The notes below the pieces were generated by a model, which was not told the DNA's origin, ran no database searches, and saw only the letters and a list, made by a program, of their open reading frames with translations. A stretch of 64,000 nt of DNA from Armatimonadota bacterium (lineage in GTDB: Bacteria; Armatimonadota; SYMT01), in assembly GCA_041690135.1 (NCBI GenBank), contig JAWLHY010000001.1, positions 160,001 to 224,000 of the forward strand. Reading direction: 5' to 3'. The position numbers and the translations under genes are program-made. This document shows, in pieces, positions 8,253 to 18,869 of this stretch (position 1 is its first letter; every line of letters starts with the position of its first letter).

Positions 8253-10241
8253 TCATTGTAAGACCCGCACCGTCAGGTGCGGGTCTTTTTGCATTGTCGG
8301 GGCCGCGGTGTACCGGTTGCATAACCTTTGGGGTTGTGGAGGGATGCCTCCTACCCCTACGTCTGGCTGGTTCGAGGGACGAAGGGGCTTGCCCAGCAGC
8401 GACTTCCATATCGGGATCTGCTCCAGCGTTAACAAGCCCAAGGCCTCCTTCTCCAGTTCCTGGCGGGCCTGGAGCATCCTCTGGCGGAGGGCGCCGGGGT
8501 TGCCGGTCGCCATCGCCTGGCTCTGGAACGCCTCCATCTGCTGTTGCAGCCGTCGCATGATCTCCTGGAATTGCTGTCGCTGCTCCGGCGTCAGGCCCAG
8601 GGCCGTGCCCACGCGCGGATCGCCCAGCGCGAAAGCCCCCTGCTGCTGCAGCTCGATCTCCCACAGCCGGCCCTGCTGCGCCGGGGTCAACAGTTGCTGC
8701 AGAACATTCCGCAGCCTCCGATCCGCGGTGGGACGGTACTCCTGGATCCTTGCGCCGGGATCGGGCCGTGGTCCGCCCTGGAACAGGTCCCGCAGCTCGC
8801 CACGGATCTCGGCCAGGGTGGGGCGCAGGCGCTCTCTCTGAACGGGCGTAAGCCGCAGGTCCGATTGGACTGCCGGCAGATCGATCAGGAACGCGGTACC
8901 CAGAAGCTCGTGCAGCGGCGGCAGACCTCCGGGATCGGCGGCGGTGGAGGTGAGGCCGGCGTAGGGCCTTCCGAGGAAGCCGTAGCGGACCTCCGTGTTC
9001 ACATTCAGGTTGCGGCCCGCCGGCAATCGTGCCACCAGGGGCTCCCCGCCGTTCCCACCGGAGGTCCAGCGCAGGACCTCTTTCCCCTGGGCCGCCAGTG
9101 CGAGGTGCTGGATGCGAGCCCCCTCGAACTTAAGGAAACCTTCCCACTTCAGGCGAATGGTGTGGTGGAAGACGGCGCCGTCCGGTCGGGGGGCCGGCAC
9201 CGCGGCCACATCCGAAACGCCGTCCACCCGGTAAAGGTCGGGTGTCCCCGGCGTCCGCGTGGCCCACAGCTCGTAGCACTGCGTCTTTCCGTCAGCTTCC
9301 GTGGCGCCCGCCAGCGGCTGCACGTCGAGCTCTCCCAGGTAGGCGCGGGAGACGCACTGTCGCGCGAAAGCATCGGGGAGCCGCACGCGCTGTTCCCCGG
9401 CGCCCCGCAGCGTTTCGGCCACCCGCACCTGCAGCTCGGTCGTCACCTCGAAGCGGTCCTGTGCGTAGTCTTCCTGGTTGACCGGGTTGGCCACAAGGGA
9501 TCCCCGGGCGTCCACGGCCCTCCCGAACACCTGGACGTCCAGCGTTCCCGCGGGGAGCCGGCGCTCCGCGGGGCAGGGGGTGCCCTCGTGGTCCTGGGGG
9601 AGCGGCCGGATCGCTGGTGCAGCGGGGAGGTCTCCCACGGAGACCGTGGGATAGCGTTGGAACCGGCGGGTCGCGAAGGGGGCACTGCCGTCTGGGTGCG
9701 CGCGGAACCATCGCCGGGTCTCGTCGAGGAACGCCTGGACCTTTGCCTCGTTCTCGAACGTCAGGCTCCAGGCCAGCACCTGCCCGTCCCCGTTGAGGAC
9801 CGCCAGCCCCTGGGGCGCAGGAGCGGAGCGGCCGGCGGCGGCGAGCACTCGCCCCTCGGGATCGGAAGGCGGCCGGTGCAGGCGGACGGCGCCGACCGAG
9901 ACGGGAATGAACTCCGCGTTGACGCGGCGGATCACGGTGGGATCGCTGAACACCGCCTCACGGACGGCGCCCGCGAACACTCAACAGCGTTCCTCCTGGG
10001 GGTCCGCATTGATGAAGGCCCACAGCAGCACCGGCTTCTGCTGCTCGCGGGCCTCACGCAGTCCCTGCAGCAGGCACTTCCGCCAGGCGATCGCCCGCCA
10101 CGTGAGCTTCGGCGGACTTAGCGCCTCGATCTCCGCGGTGAGTGAGGCGAGCGTCTTCTCCGGCGCAGTGGGTCCGGCCAGCGGCGCTCCCAGCCCAACC
10201 CCGGCCACCGCAATCAGTCCGATCCAACCCAGGGCGCGCAT
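8253..10241 (-). CDS. Predicted selenoprotein: secreted SelN-like thioredoxin-fold protein (C-U motif) with C-terminal LTxxQ (Spy/CpxP-like) repeats
   Basis: ORFs 9981-10241 and 8253-9980 are contiguous in one frame across a single TGA (9981-9983): KPVLLWAFINADPQEERC-U-VFAGAVREAVFSDP; SECIS-like hairpin follows; N-terminal signal peptide. Confidence 0.75.
8260..8290 (+). terminator. Intrinsic terminator after the tRNA
   Basis: AAGACCCGCAC-CGTCAG-GTGCGGGTCTT followed by a T run. Confidence 0.8.
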
Positions 10242-10262
10242 AACCCCTCCTTGAGTTTCCCG

Positions 10263-11231
10263 TCAGCCCATCGGTCCGTGGAGGACGACCGGCTCCTCCG
10301 CCGGACCGGCCGGCGGACGCGGTACCAGGATCTCCTCCAGTTCCCGCCGGGCGGAGGCGATCCCTCCGGCTTCCGCGGCGACCTGGCGGGCTGCGGAGGC
10401 CAGGGTGGCAAAGGCATGGGGTTCGGCCGAACGCAACTGCAGGGCCACCAGGCCTTCCCGCAAGGCGTGCATCTGTGCTTCCAGCTCGTTCCGCAGCGCC
10501 TCGTTCCGCTGCGCCATCAGGGCCGATTGCTCGTGGGCTTCCACCCGGTATAGAATGGCGCGCGCCCGCCGCTCGATCGACTCCGCCGTGACCCGGTCGG
10601 GTTGGCGGCCCGCCTCCTCCAGGAGCGCGGCCGCCTCGCAGCGCAGGGCCGGCGTGTCCAGCGCCCGGTGCTCCAGGGGGGGAAGGGTGCTCAGCGTCTC
10701 GGCCAGGGCCCGCAGCGCCTCCCGCAGGTTCTCTTCCGCCTCCACCGGGACCGGCATCCGCACCGCATCCCTTACCAGCTCCAGGTACTGCCGGTGCATC
10801 GGGTCCTGCACCTTTTCCAGCAGGCGGTTGACTTCATCTTCACCCAGCGGTCGGTTGACGACCCGCCGGAACAGCGCGCGTGCTCCCAGGCCGCCCAGGG
10901 TCAACGCGGGAAACGGTGCTCCCAGGAGCAGGGCCGGCAGGATCGTGTCCGGGTCTATCCCGGCGCTTTTGCTCAGGAGGCCGCCGACCATCAGGGTCGC
11001 TGCCCAGACCGTTACGCCTATCCCGCTGCCGAGGGCGATGAGCGTGGTCGCTCCGGCGGGCACCACGCTGGCGGCCTCCTTCTCCGAGAGACAGGTGCCG
11101 CGGCCCACCCAGCGCTCCAGCCAGCCCAGGCGGGGTGGGGGAGGATCGGCCCCCAGCCGGGCGGAGTTATCGCGCGCCTGCACCAGGCGCACCTCCCAGA
11201 ACAGCCCCAGGTCGCGTGGAAGCAGCTTCAT
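10263..11231 (-). CDS. Hypothetical membrane protein, two TM helices and a C-terminal coiled coil
   Basis: 322-aa ORF with hydrophobic segments and an Ala/Glu/Arg-rich helical tail. Confidence 0.65.
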   Translation of the reverse strand: MKLLPRDLGLFWEVRLVQARDNSARLGADPPPPRLGWLERWVGRGTCLSEKEAASVVPAGATTLIALGSGIGVTVWAATLMVGGLLSKSAGIDPDTILPALLLGAPFPALTLGGLGARALFRRVVNRPLGEDEVNRLLEKVQDPMHRQYLELVRDAVRMPVPVEAEENLREALRALAETLSTLPPLEHRALDTPALRCEAAALLEEAGRQPDRVTAESIERRARAILYRVEAHEQSALMAQRNEALRNELEAQMHALREGLVALQLRSAEPHAFATLASAARQVAAEAGGIASARRELEEILVPRPPAGPAEEPVVLHGPMG

Positions 11232-12040
11232 AACGCTCGGTTCCCACCGCGGGGGTCATCCGCGACGGACCTCCTGACATTCAGAACGCGAAAGTACCCC
11301 AGGAGTTTCGCCGCGCTCCCCCGGTCAGGTGCCAGCTTCTGCCCCTGGATAACCGCAGCCGATCTTAAGACGGTGCCGCGAAAGGTAGCACAGGGGCGTG
11401 TCCCCGTCGGTCACGGCGCGAACAAACTGCCAACCGCACCCACCCCCGATCACGGCCCGGCCCCGTCCTACCTCCCGCACTCGCGGCCCTGGCTAACCGA
11501 ATCCAACCCCAAAAACGGTGCCGCCTCTTTGCGATGCTGGCTTCCCGTCCCGCCGCCGATCACCGTGCCTCCGCTGCGCTGCGGCACTCCAAAAGCCTTA
11601 CTTTTCCTCTTCGCGTTCTTGGCGCACCCCGAGGGGGTGTAAATCTTGGCGGTTCAAGTCGGTTCGCAAGCACTGAAGATCCGGCGAAGGCTATATCCCG
11701 ATCCCTATCCGTATCAGGATCACGGTTGGCTGACGGGTGCGTGGGCAATCTCTGGGGAAGGGACAGCGACCGTTCCCCTACGCCCCACATATCGCATTCG
11801 GAGGTGTGGAACACCGTGCGGGACTCACAGCCAGGGTGCGCTTCTCCTATGCAACGGAGAAATGCCGAGCGCCCAGACCGTAGGAACGATTACACGCTTG
11901 AAGTAGGTCATCCGCACCAATACAGGGCAGGCACGGCCCTAGCTCCGCCGGATGTACGGCACACCCGTGCAGTTCGAGGTCCCAGTACCCGCCTGCAAAT
12001 CCCAGTCAATCCCACGTAATTCCTGCGGAGAGCTCGCTTC

Positions 12041-12286
12041 TCACAGCTCACGCCTCACGCGCTCGCAGGTGCTGCTGCCACACCCATCCAGCCTCTGCCC
12101 AGACCTCACGCATCACGCATCACTTTCGTGACCGAGGCAGGCATCTTGCATTCCACCGCGCCCATCGCACGTGTCCACCCCTTACGCATCACGCATTACG
12201 CCCCACGTCCGAGGCGTAATCCCTGCCCCCGCAGCCGCCTCGCACGTAAGCCTCACGTTTCACGCATCACGGATCACGCATCACGT
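12041..12286. repeat. Degenerate 7-bp tandem repeats (TCACGCA-like) in a ~1-kb non-coding region
   Basis: Runs such as CTCACGCATCACGCATCAC and TTTCACGCATCACGGATCACGCATCACG. Confidence 0.8.
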
Positions 12287-12346
12287 CCCGCCCCTGGGGT
12301 AAAATAGGTTGTAATGGGATCCACCGATTCTGGGGAGAGGCAGCCG

Positions 12347-13216
12347 ATGAACCTGACGGCACTGGACCACGCCGACAGCCTGGCACAGGCGAAGATGCAC
12401 TATGCCCGCTGGGGTCACCAGGGGCCGCGGGTGCTGTTCGTGCATCCCATCGGGTTCGACCACACCACCTGGGACCGCGTGGTGCCGCATTTCCAGAAGC
12501 AATATCAGATGGCGGCCGTGGACCTGCCCGGGCACGGTAAGAGTGACAAGCCGTCGGCGGTTGACTATGGGGTACGCTCGCTCGGCGCGCGGCTGGTGCG
12601 GCTCCTGGACGAGCTGGAGTGGGAAGATGCCATCCTGGTGGGCAACAGCATCGGGGGCGGGGTCTCCCTGGCGGCCGCGCTCCAGGCCCCGGAGCGGGTG
12701 CGGGGTCTGGCCCTGTTCAACACGGTTGCCTACCGTCGCGGTCTGCCGCCGGTGGGGCGCCTCGCGTTCATGCCGATGGTCCCCCTGGTGAGCTGTTATG
12801 CGCCGCCGGTGTTCCGGCGGGTGGGGCTCGACTTCGCGCGCCACGGATGGGGGAAGGTGTCGCAAGACCGGTGCGATCAGGCCGGTCGCTACCTGCGGGA
12901 GCCGGAGGGGCGGACCGCCTTTTTCCGGACCCTCCGCCAGCTTTACGGTCCCGACCTCGAGGTTCTGGCGCCGCATTACCGCGAGATCCACTGTCCCACG
13001 TTGGTGGCCCACGGCGTCACCGATCCGCTGATCCGGCTCTGGCACGCGGAGCAGTTGGCCTCCGATATCCCCACGGCGGAGCTGGTGCGGCTCCCGCAGT
13101 GCGGTCACTTCCCACAGGAAGAGCGCCCGCGCGAGGTGACCGAGCTGTTAGCGCCGTTCCTGGAGCGCGTCAGCACTGGGCAATCCGGGCGATCGCTCTC
13201 GCCCGCTGCGCCATAG
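12347..13216 (+). CDS. Alpha/beta hydrolase
   Basis: DLPGHG, GNSIGG nucleophile elbow, C-terminal GHFPQEE. Confidence 0.9.
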   Translation: MNLTALDHADSLAQAKMHYARWGHQGPRVLFVHPIGFDHTTWDRVVPHFQKQYQMAAVDLPGHGKSDKPSAVDYGVRSLGARLVRLLDELEWEDAILVGNSIGGGVSLAAALQAPERVRGLALFNTVAYRRGLPPVGRLAFMPMVPLVSCYAPPVFRRVGLDFARHGWGKVSQDRCDQAGRYLREPEGRTAFFRTLRQLYGPDLEVLAPHYREIHCPTLVAHGVTDPLIRLWHAEQLASDIPTAELVRLPQCGHFPQEERPREVTELLAPFLERVSTGQSGRSLSPAAP

Positions 13217-13328
13217 CACAGTGAACCGCCCCCTCCTTCCAGGGGAGAATACGGTTAGATCCGGTGGCGACGCCACCCCGGTGTGGGGTAACGGCAGGCG
13301 CCCGGAGCAGAGCCGAAGGAGGGGACGG

Positions 13329-13973
13329 ATGGCCAACGTGTTGACCGTGGTGTGGTTCGTGATCGCCTACGTGCTGGCGCAAACGAGCCTGATGTTCTGG
13401 GCCGCCATGATGTTTCCGGCCCGGGTGGAGCGCGCGCGGGAGCGGGTCGAGAACCGTCCCGCAAAGTGCTTCTTTAGCGGCCTTCTGGTGTGGGGGCTCC
13501 ACTTCCTGGTGGCCATGGCCTTCATCAAAGAAGGCAATCCGGGGCCGCTGCAGCTCTTCGGCTGGATCACCCTCGCTCCGATGCTGGCGGGCTCGGTCCT
13601 GGGCGGCGGCGCCTTCGCGGAGATCGTCGCGGAGCGGATTCGGCAGCGCTCCGGCAGCACCGCCGTCGTTCCCACCCTGCTCGGCGGCGCGCTGGCCACC
13701 ACCCTGGGCGGCCTGATGCCGGTCATCGGCTGGTTCGTCTTCTTCCCGCTGGTGAGCTTCATCGCCGTCGGCGCCGGCTACCCGGCCCTGTTCCGCCCGC
13801 GCCAGCCGAAGAAGGCCGCCGTCCAGGACGCTCGCCTGGAGGAGTTCGCGCCGGTGGCATCCGCCGGTGCGCCCACGGTGCCCGCCGGTCTCACCGTCTC
13901 CACGGCTTCCGGTCCGGCCGCCTACGAGGGCTCCGAGTTCACGGCTCCCGGATCGTTTTCCTCTCACGCATAA
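13329..13973 (+). CDS. Hypothetical multi-pass membrane protein
   Basis: AGGAGG RBS before ATG 13329; about five hydrophobic helices. Confidence 0.7.
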   Translation: MANVLTVVWFVIAYVLAQTSLMFWAAMMFPARVERARERVENRPAKCFFSGLLVWGLHFLVAMAFIKEGNPGPLQLFGWITLAPMLAGSVLGGGAFAEIVAERIRQRSGSTAVVPTLLGGALATTLGGLMPVIGWFVFFPLVSFIAVGAGYPALFRPRQPKKAAVQDARLEEFAPVASAGAPTVPAGLTVSTASGPAAYEGSEFTAPGSFSSHA

Positions 13974-13994
13974 ACCAACGGACTAGCACGGACG

Positions 13995-15509
13995 ATGCGA
14001 CTGAACCGAAGTGAGTTCCTCACGTTAACGGCGGGCACGGCCGGGGCGCTGGCGCTCTCGGGCTGCACGGAGATCACCCGCCGGGCCTCTGCCCCCGGGC
14101 TGCCCGAACGGCTGGGGGAAGCGGAAGCCGCGGAGCACTCCCACGAGTGGCGCCTGCTGAACCGGATGAGCTTTGGACCGCGGCCCGGCGACCTGGAGCG
14201 AGTGCGAGAGATGGGCGCGGATGCCTATATTGAGGAGCAGCTCGCCCCGGAGCGGATCGAGGAGAGCCGGGCGGCGTGGATGCGCCTGCTGCCCCTGGAC
14301 ACGTTGGAGATGGACGCGGCCGACGCCCAGGACTGGGAGATGGCGAACTACCCGGAGGTGGGGAAGGGCCAGGCGGCCGTGGAGCTCCAGCAGGCGTGCG
14401 TGCTCCGGTCCGTCTACAGCACACGCCAGCTCCAGGAGGTGATGGTCGAGTTCTGGACCGATCACTTCAACGTCAGTCAGCTCAAGGCGGAGTGCTCATG
14501 GCTGAAGACGGTGGATGACCGCCTCCTCCGCAAGCACGCCCTGGGCAAGTTCCGGGACCTGGTAAACGCTTCCGCGCACAGCCCGGCGATGCTCTTCTAC
14601 CTGGACAACGACAAGAACGAGAAGCGAGATCCGAAGACCGGATCCGGCGCCAACGAGAACTACGCCCGCGAGCTGCTGGAGCTCCACACCCTGGGGGTGG
14701 ACGGGGACTACTCCTTAAAGGACATCCAGGAGGTGGCGCGCTGCTTTACGGGCTGGACCTACAAGAAGGGCTTCACGTTCTGGCCCGGCGACTTCGTGTT
14801 CGACGCGAAGAAGCACGACGATGGGCCGAAAAGGGTCCTCGGGGTGCCGATCCCGCCGGGCCAGGGTGTTAAGGACGGCGAGCAGGTGATCGATATCGTC
14901 TGCGAGCACCCCAGCACCGCGCGGTTCGTCGCCCGCAAGCTCTGCCGCCGGTTCGTGGCGGACCAGGCTCCAGAGGCGCTGGTGGCTCGCCTGGCCGGTG
15001 TCTTCACGAAGACGGACGGGGATATCCGGCAGGTCCTCTCCGTGCTGTTCCGGAGCGAGGAGTTCCGTCACGCGGGGAACCGGAAGCTGAAGCGGCCCTT
15101 TGATTTTGCCGTGTCGGCCCTCCGTGGTGTGAATGCGGATACCACCGGCGCGGGGGTGCTGCCGTACCTGGAGCGGATGGGGCAGCTTCCCTATAAGTGG
15201 ACAATGCCGGACGGCTATCCGGAGCGGGTGGATGCCTGGACGCCCAGCCTGCTGAGCCGCTGGAACTTCGCGCTGGACCTGGTCACCGACAAGATCCCCG
15301 GCACCCGCGTGAACGCGCCGGCGCTGGCGAAGGCCACCGGAGAGAAGGAACCGCTGGAGGTCTACCGCGCGCTGTCCCGGTCGCTCCTGGGCCAGGCCCT
15401 GCCGCCGGACCGCCTCCGCAGCCTGGTTGATCTGTCGCAGAAGGGCGGCAGAGAGGTCCGCCAGTGCCTGGCCCTCCTCCTCGCCACTCCCGCTTTCCAA
15501 TGGAGGTAG
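13995..15509 (+). CDS. DUF1800 family protein, Tat/lipoprotein-like N-terminus
   Basis: LNRMSFGPRPGD, FWTDHFNV, NENYARELLELHTLG motifs; paired with DUF1501. Confidence 0.9.
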   Translation: MRLNRSEFLTLTAGTAGALALSGCTEITRRASAPGLPERLGEAEAAEHSHEWRLLNRMSFGPRPGDLERVREMGADAYIEEQLAPERIEESRAAWMRLLPLDTLEMDAADAQDWEMANYPEVGKGQAAVELQQACVLRSVYSTRQLQEVMVEFWTDHFNVSQLKAECSWLKTVDDRLLRKHALGKFRDLVNASAHSPAMLFYLDNDKNEKRDPKTGSGANENYARELLELHTLGVDGDYSLKDIQEVARCFTGWTYKKGFTFWPGDFVFDAKKHDDGPKRVLGVPIPPGQGVKDGEQVIDIVCEHPSTARFVARKLCRRFVADQAPEALVARLAGVFTKTDGDIRQVLSVLFRSEEFRHAGNRKLKRPFDFAVSALRGVNADTTGAGVLPYLERMGQLPYKWTMPDGYPERVDAWTPSLLSRWNFALDLVTDKIPGTRVNAPALAKATGEKEPLEVYRALSRSLLGQALPPDRLRSLVDLSQKGGREVRQCLALLLATPAFQWR

Positions 15510-15514
15510 TAACT

Positions 15515-16741
15515 ATGCCCCAGCCATCCAGTCAACCTCGGATCTCCCGGCGCGACCTGCTGCGGGGGAAGGGCAAGACCTCGAAGCTGGTGTTCCGGCC
15601 GGAAACCGGGCCGGGCGGCGACGTGCTGATCGCCATCTTCCTCCGGGGCGCGATGGACGGGCTCCACACGGTGCCGCCGCTCGGGGATGATCATTATGCC
15701 AGGCAGCGGCCCACGCTGGCGATCCCGGAGCCGGGCAAGGCGAAGGCCGCGCTGGACCTGGACGGTTACTTCGGTCTCCACCCGGACCTCGACCCCCTGC
15801 TGGAATTGTGGCAGGAGCGTCGCCTGGCGGTGGTCCACGCCATCGGCAGTCCGGATACCACGCTCTCGCACTTCGAGGCGATGCAGACGATGGAGCGCGG
15901 CGTTTCGGACGGCAACACCACCGCCAGCGGCTGGCTCAGCCGGCACCTGGCGAGCCTCGCGGTGGAGAACACCTCTCCGGTCCGGGCGCTCGCTTTCGGC
16001 GACGTGCTGCCGAAGTCACTCCAGGGTAGCCTCAGCGCCACCGCGGTCCGCTCGCTCAAAGAGTTCCGCCTCGGAATCCCCAAGGATTGGGATGCCGGCT
16101 TCCGAGGTCTCCTGACCTCCCTCTACGAAGAGGGGCAGGACCCCGCCTCTCGCGCCGGCCGCAACATCCTGGAACTCCTCGAAAGCCTGGAGAAGCTCGA
16201 CCCGGACACCTATCAGCCGGAGCGAAGCGCGAAGTACCCGGAGACGGAGTTTGGGCGCGGATTGCGGCAGGTGGCCCAGTTCGTGAAGGCGGACGTGGGC
16301 CTGGAAGTGGCCTCCGTCGATCTTGGCGGATGGGATGCCCACGTGGCGCAGGTCGCCCTGATGACGGGCCTGATGACGCAGCTTTCCCAGGGCCTCCACG
16401 CGCTCTACACCGACCTGGGCGACCGCATGCGCCGGGTCACGGTGCTCGCCATGACCGAGTTCGGGCGCCGCGTCCACGAGAACAGTGGCCTGGGCACGGA
16501 CCACGGCCGCGCCAGCGCCATGTTCGTGCTGGGGGGCGGCGTACGCGGCGGTAAGGTCTATGGACGCTGGCCCGGCGTCGCTCCGGCGCAGCTCGATAAG
16601 GACGGCAACCTCCGCGTCACCACCGACTACCGCGACATCCTCTCCGAGGTGGTCACCAAACGCCTGCGCAACCCGCACGCGGACCGCGTCTTCCCCGATT
16701 ACACCCCCCGGCCGCTTTCCCTCTTCGAGCCGGTTACCTAA
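15515..16741 (+). CDS. DUF1501 family protein
   Basis: IFLRGAMDGL, SHFEA, GGWDAH, TEFGRR, GTDHG motifs. Confidence 0.9.
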   Translation: MPQPSSQPRISRRDLLRGKGKTSKLVFRPETGPGGDVLIAIFLRGAMDGLHTVPPLGDDHYARQRPTLAIPEPGKAKAALDLDGYFGLHPDLDPLLELWQERRLAVVHAIGSPDTTLSHFEAMQTMERGVSDGNTTASGWLSRHLASLAVENTSPVRALAFGDVLPKSLQGSLSATAVRSLKEFRLGIPKDWDAGFRGLLTSLYEEGQDPASRAGRNILELLESLEKLDPDTYQPERSAKYPETEFGRGLRQVAQFVKADVGLEVASVDLGGWDAHVAQVALMTGLMTQLSQGLHALYTDLGDRMRRVTVLAMTEFGRRVHENSGLGTDHGRASAMFVLGGGVRGGKVYGRWPGVAPAQLDKDGNLRVTTDYRDILSEVVTKRLRNPHADRVFPDYTPRPLSLFEPVT

Positions 16742-16838
16742 CGTATGATTGGTGGCTCGTGAACTCGGGTGAATGGGTGAAAGAGAGAGCGGGAGAATGG
16801 GAGTGCGGCAAAGGGAAGCGGAGAGATAGTTCCTAAAG

Positions 16839-18176
16839 TTACTGACGGGCGGGTGGGGAGAGAAGGTGCTTCGGGGCAGCCAGGAACTCCACGACGCGGG
16901 TCTTCTGCAATGCGAACGTGGCAGTGAGGGTTCTTGCACCTCCTCGAATCCTCATGGCGTAGTCGTAGGAGGCCCAGCCGTTGTTGGTGCGCCACCAGGA
17001 TGTCCAATCGGGCTCGTGAACTACAGGGCGTCCCCGGTCGTCAACCATCTTCACCAGGGTGAGGTGATAACCCGGCTCTCCTGTATCGAGGCGAGCATTG
17101 AGGGTGGTCGGGGTTCCGCGTGCGAAACCGCGAAGGGAGACTTCGATTTTCCCGATCTTCGTGCTGCGATTGATGTCGATTATCTGCCCCCAATCAGGAG
17201 CCGGGATGTTTTCGACGGTCCAGAGCTCCTCCGGGCGGAAAGGGGAATCGGGCGTGCGGGCCAGCTCCACTTCCACTTTCCACGCCGGCTCGCAGAAGGG
17301 TAACATCCCCGGAGCCCAGAGGCGACTCTTGTTAGCGTGAGACGATGTCCTCCCCATCCCCTGGCGTTCGTAGCGGTTGCCGGTAGCGTCTGCATACGTC
17401 ACGTCGATAGGTGTCCAACGCGTGGCACCCTTGCCTAGGAAGCGGCTTGCCACCTGGATGAAGGCGCTACTTCCAAATACCCGACCCATCTGGGTGGCCC
17501 GCGTGGGATCCCTCGAATCACCGCCATTGGTGAACTGCTGGAGCGTGCACTCCAGGTCGCCATCCCGTACGGATACGGGCAGCGGCTGCGTCTTCCAATC
17601 GGGATGTGGCCCGGGGTCCGGGTTAGGGAGCCGGAATTCTGCCACGGGCTTGCGGTTGGCTTCCCGGTTGGGACCGTACATGCGTAAGCCTACCCAGGTC
17701 CCACGACGGGGAAAGGTCCGCAAAGCAAACGATACCACCTGGGTTCGGCCACCCGTATGGTACGTAGCGAGCTCGGCGGCCGGGCGCTCACACCCGTGCT
17801 CATCGAAGATCGTCCAGTCGGCCATATCGCCCAACACGTGCTGAAAGGCAGAAGTGCCGGGTGCCGCGCCTCGGCGAACCGTCCAAACCACTGGCACGCT
17901 CGGGTCCGGCCGGACTTCCTTCTCGAAAGCGCCCAAGCCAGTCCAATACCCCAATGGCCGTGGTAGCAGTGAGGCCAAAAGCCCCGCAAGCTTTCCACCG
18001 GGGACGAAGCGGTGCTGGGGGCCGTAGGTAATGGCCTCCAGGCTGAGGGTGGAGCCGTCGGGGAGGCGGCGCACCTGGAGGGGCTGGCTCGGGCGGTTGG
18101 CGAAGACCAGCAGCGTGATCAGCCCGGCCAGGAGCAGCCAGAGCCCGGGACGGAAGCTTCGTTTGCGGCGCGACAC
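16839..18176 (-). CDS. Hypothetical membrane-anchored or secreted protein
   Basis: 445-aa ORF with basic N-terminus and TM helix; no recognised catalytic motif. Confidence 0.65.
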   Translation of the reverse strand: MSRRKRSFRPGLWLLLAGLITLLVFANRPSQPLQVRRLPDGSTLSLEAITYGPQHRFVPGGKLAGLLASLLPRPLGYWTGLGAFEKEVRPDPSVPVVWTVRRGAAPGTSAFQHVLGDMADWTIFDEHGCERPAAELATYHTGGRTQVVSFALRTFPRRGTWVGLRMYGPNREANRKPVAEFRLPNPDPGPHPDWKTQPLPVSVRDGDLECTLQQFTNGGDSRDPTRATQMGRVFGSSAFIQVASRFLGKGATRWTPIDVTYADATGNRYERQGMGRTSSHANKSRLWAPGMLPFCEPAWKVEVELARTPDSPFRPEELWTVENIPAPDWGQIIDINRSTKIGKIEVSLRGFARGTPTTLNARLDTGEPGYHLTLVKMVDDRGRPVVHEPDWTSWWRTNNGWASYDYAMRIRGGARTLTATFALQKTRVVEFLAAPKHLLSPPARQ

Positions 18177-18283
18177 ACTTGCCTATACGCCACCGGTATC
18201 TCCAGTCCCTGCGTGCGGCGGTCTATCGGGTTAGACAGTCTGAGGAGACTGTGCTAAGCGATCGAACCAGCATCTTAACGCGA

Positions 18284-18312
18284 AAGGGAGCAGCCGCGTT
18301 GGCTGCTCCCTT
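18284..18312. terminator. Hairpin terminator downstream of tpx
   Basis: AAGGGAGCAGCC-GCGTT-GGCTGCTCCCTT. Confidence 0.65.
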
Positions 18313-18350
18313 CTCAATCTGCGCCATCTGTGGACTCGATGGCCCGACGA

Positions 18351-18869
18351 CTAAATCGCGGCGCGGGCGGCTTCCAGGATGGCGTCGTAGTTCGGCTCCT
18401 GGGCAACTTCGGGCACGTACTCGCTGTAGACGACCACGCCCTGCTTATCGACCACGAAGGCGGCGCGGGCGTAGATGCCGAGGCCCTCGATCTCCACGCC
18501 GTACTTCTTGCCGAAGTCGCGGTCGCGGAAGTCGGAGAGGGTCTGGATGTTGGTCGCACCCTCGGCGCCGCACCAGCGGGCCTGCGCGAACGGCGTGTCG
18601 ATGCTGACGACCAGCACGACCACCTCATCGCCGAGTTCCGCCGCGTGATCGTTGAACTTCTTGGTCTCCAGGGAGCAGACGGGGGTGTCCAGGGACGGGA
18701 CGGAAAGGATGACCCGGACCTTGCCGTTGGTGTCGGAAAGGGAGGTGGGGGTTACCAGGTTCTTGAGCGCGGTGAATTCGGGGGCATCCTCATTCGCCTC
18801 GATCGCGGGACCGAGGAGCGTAATCGGATTGCCTTTCATGGTCACGGCGCCTTCGCGTCGTTCTGCCAT
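18351..18869 (-). CDS. tpx: Thiol peroxidase (Tpx, atypical 2-Cys peroxiredoxin)
   Basis: SVPSLDTPVC, DTPFAQARWCGAEG, EPNYDA motifs. Confidence 0.95.
   Translation of the reverse strand: MAERREGAVTMKGNPITLLGPAIEANEDAPEFTALKNLVTPTSLSDTNGKVRVILSVPSLDTPVCSLETKKFNDHAAELGDEVVVLVVSIDTPFAQARWCGAEGATNIQTLSDFRDRDFGKKYGVEIEGLGIYARAAFVVDKQGVVVYSEYVPEVAQEPNYDAILEAARAAI

Noticed and set aside
8102-8290. tRNA-integrated prophage or genomic island
   Set aside because: No integrase and no duplicated tRNA 3' end seen; only a local 5' duplication
11280-12300. Possible CRISPR array
   Set aside because: Repeats are 6-9 bp tandem units without unique spacers; no cas genes in the window
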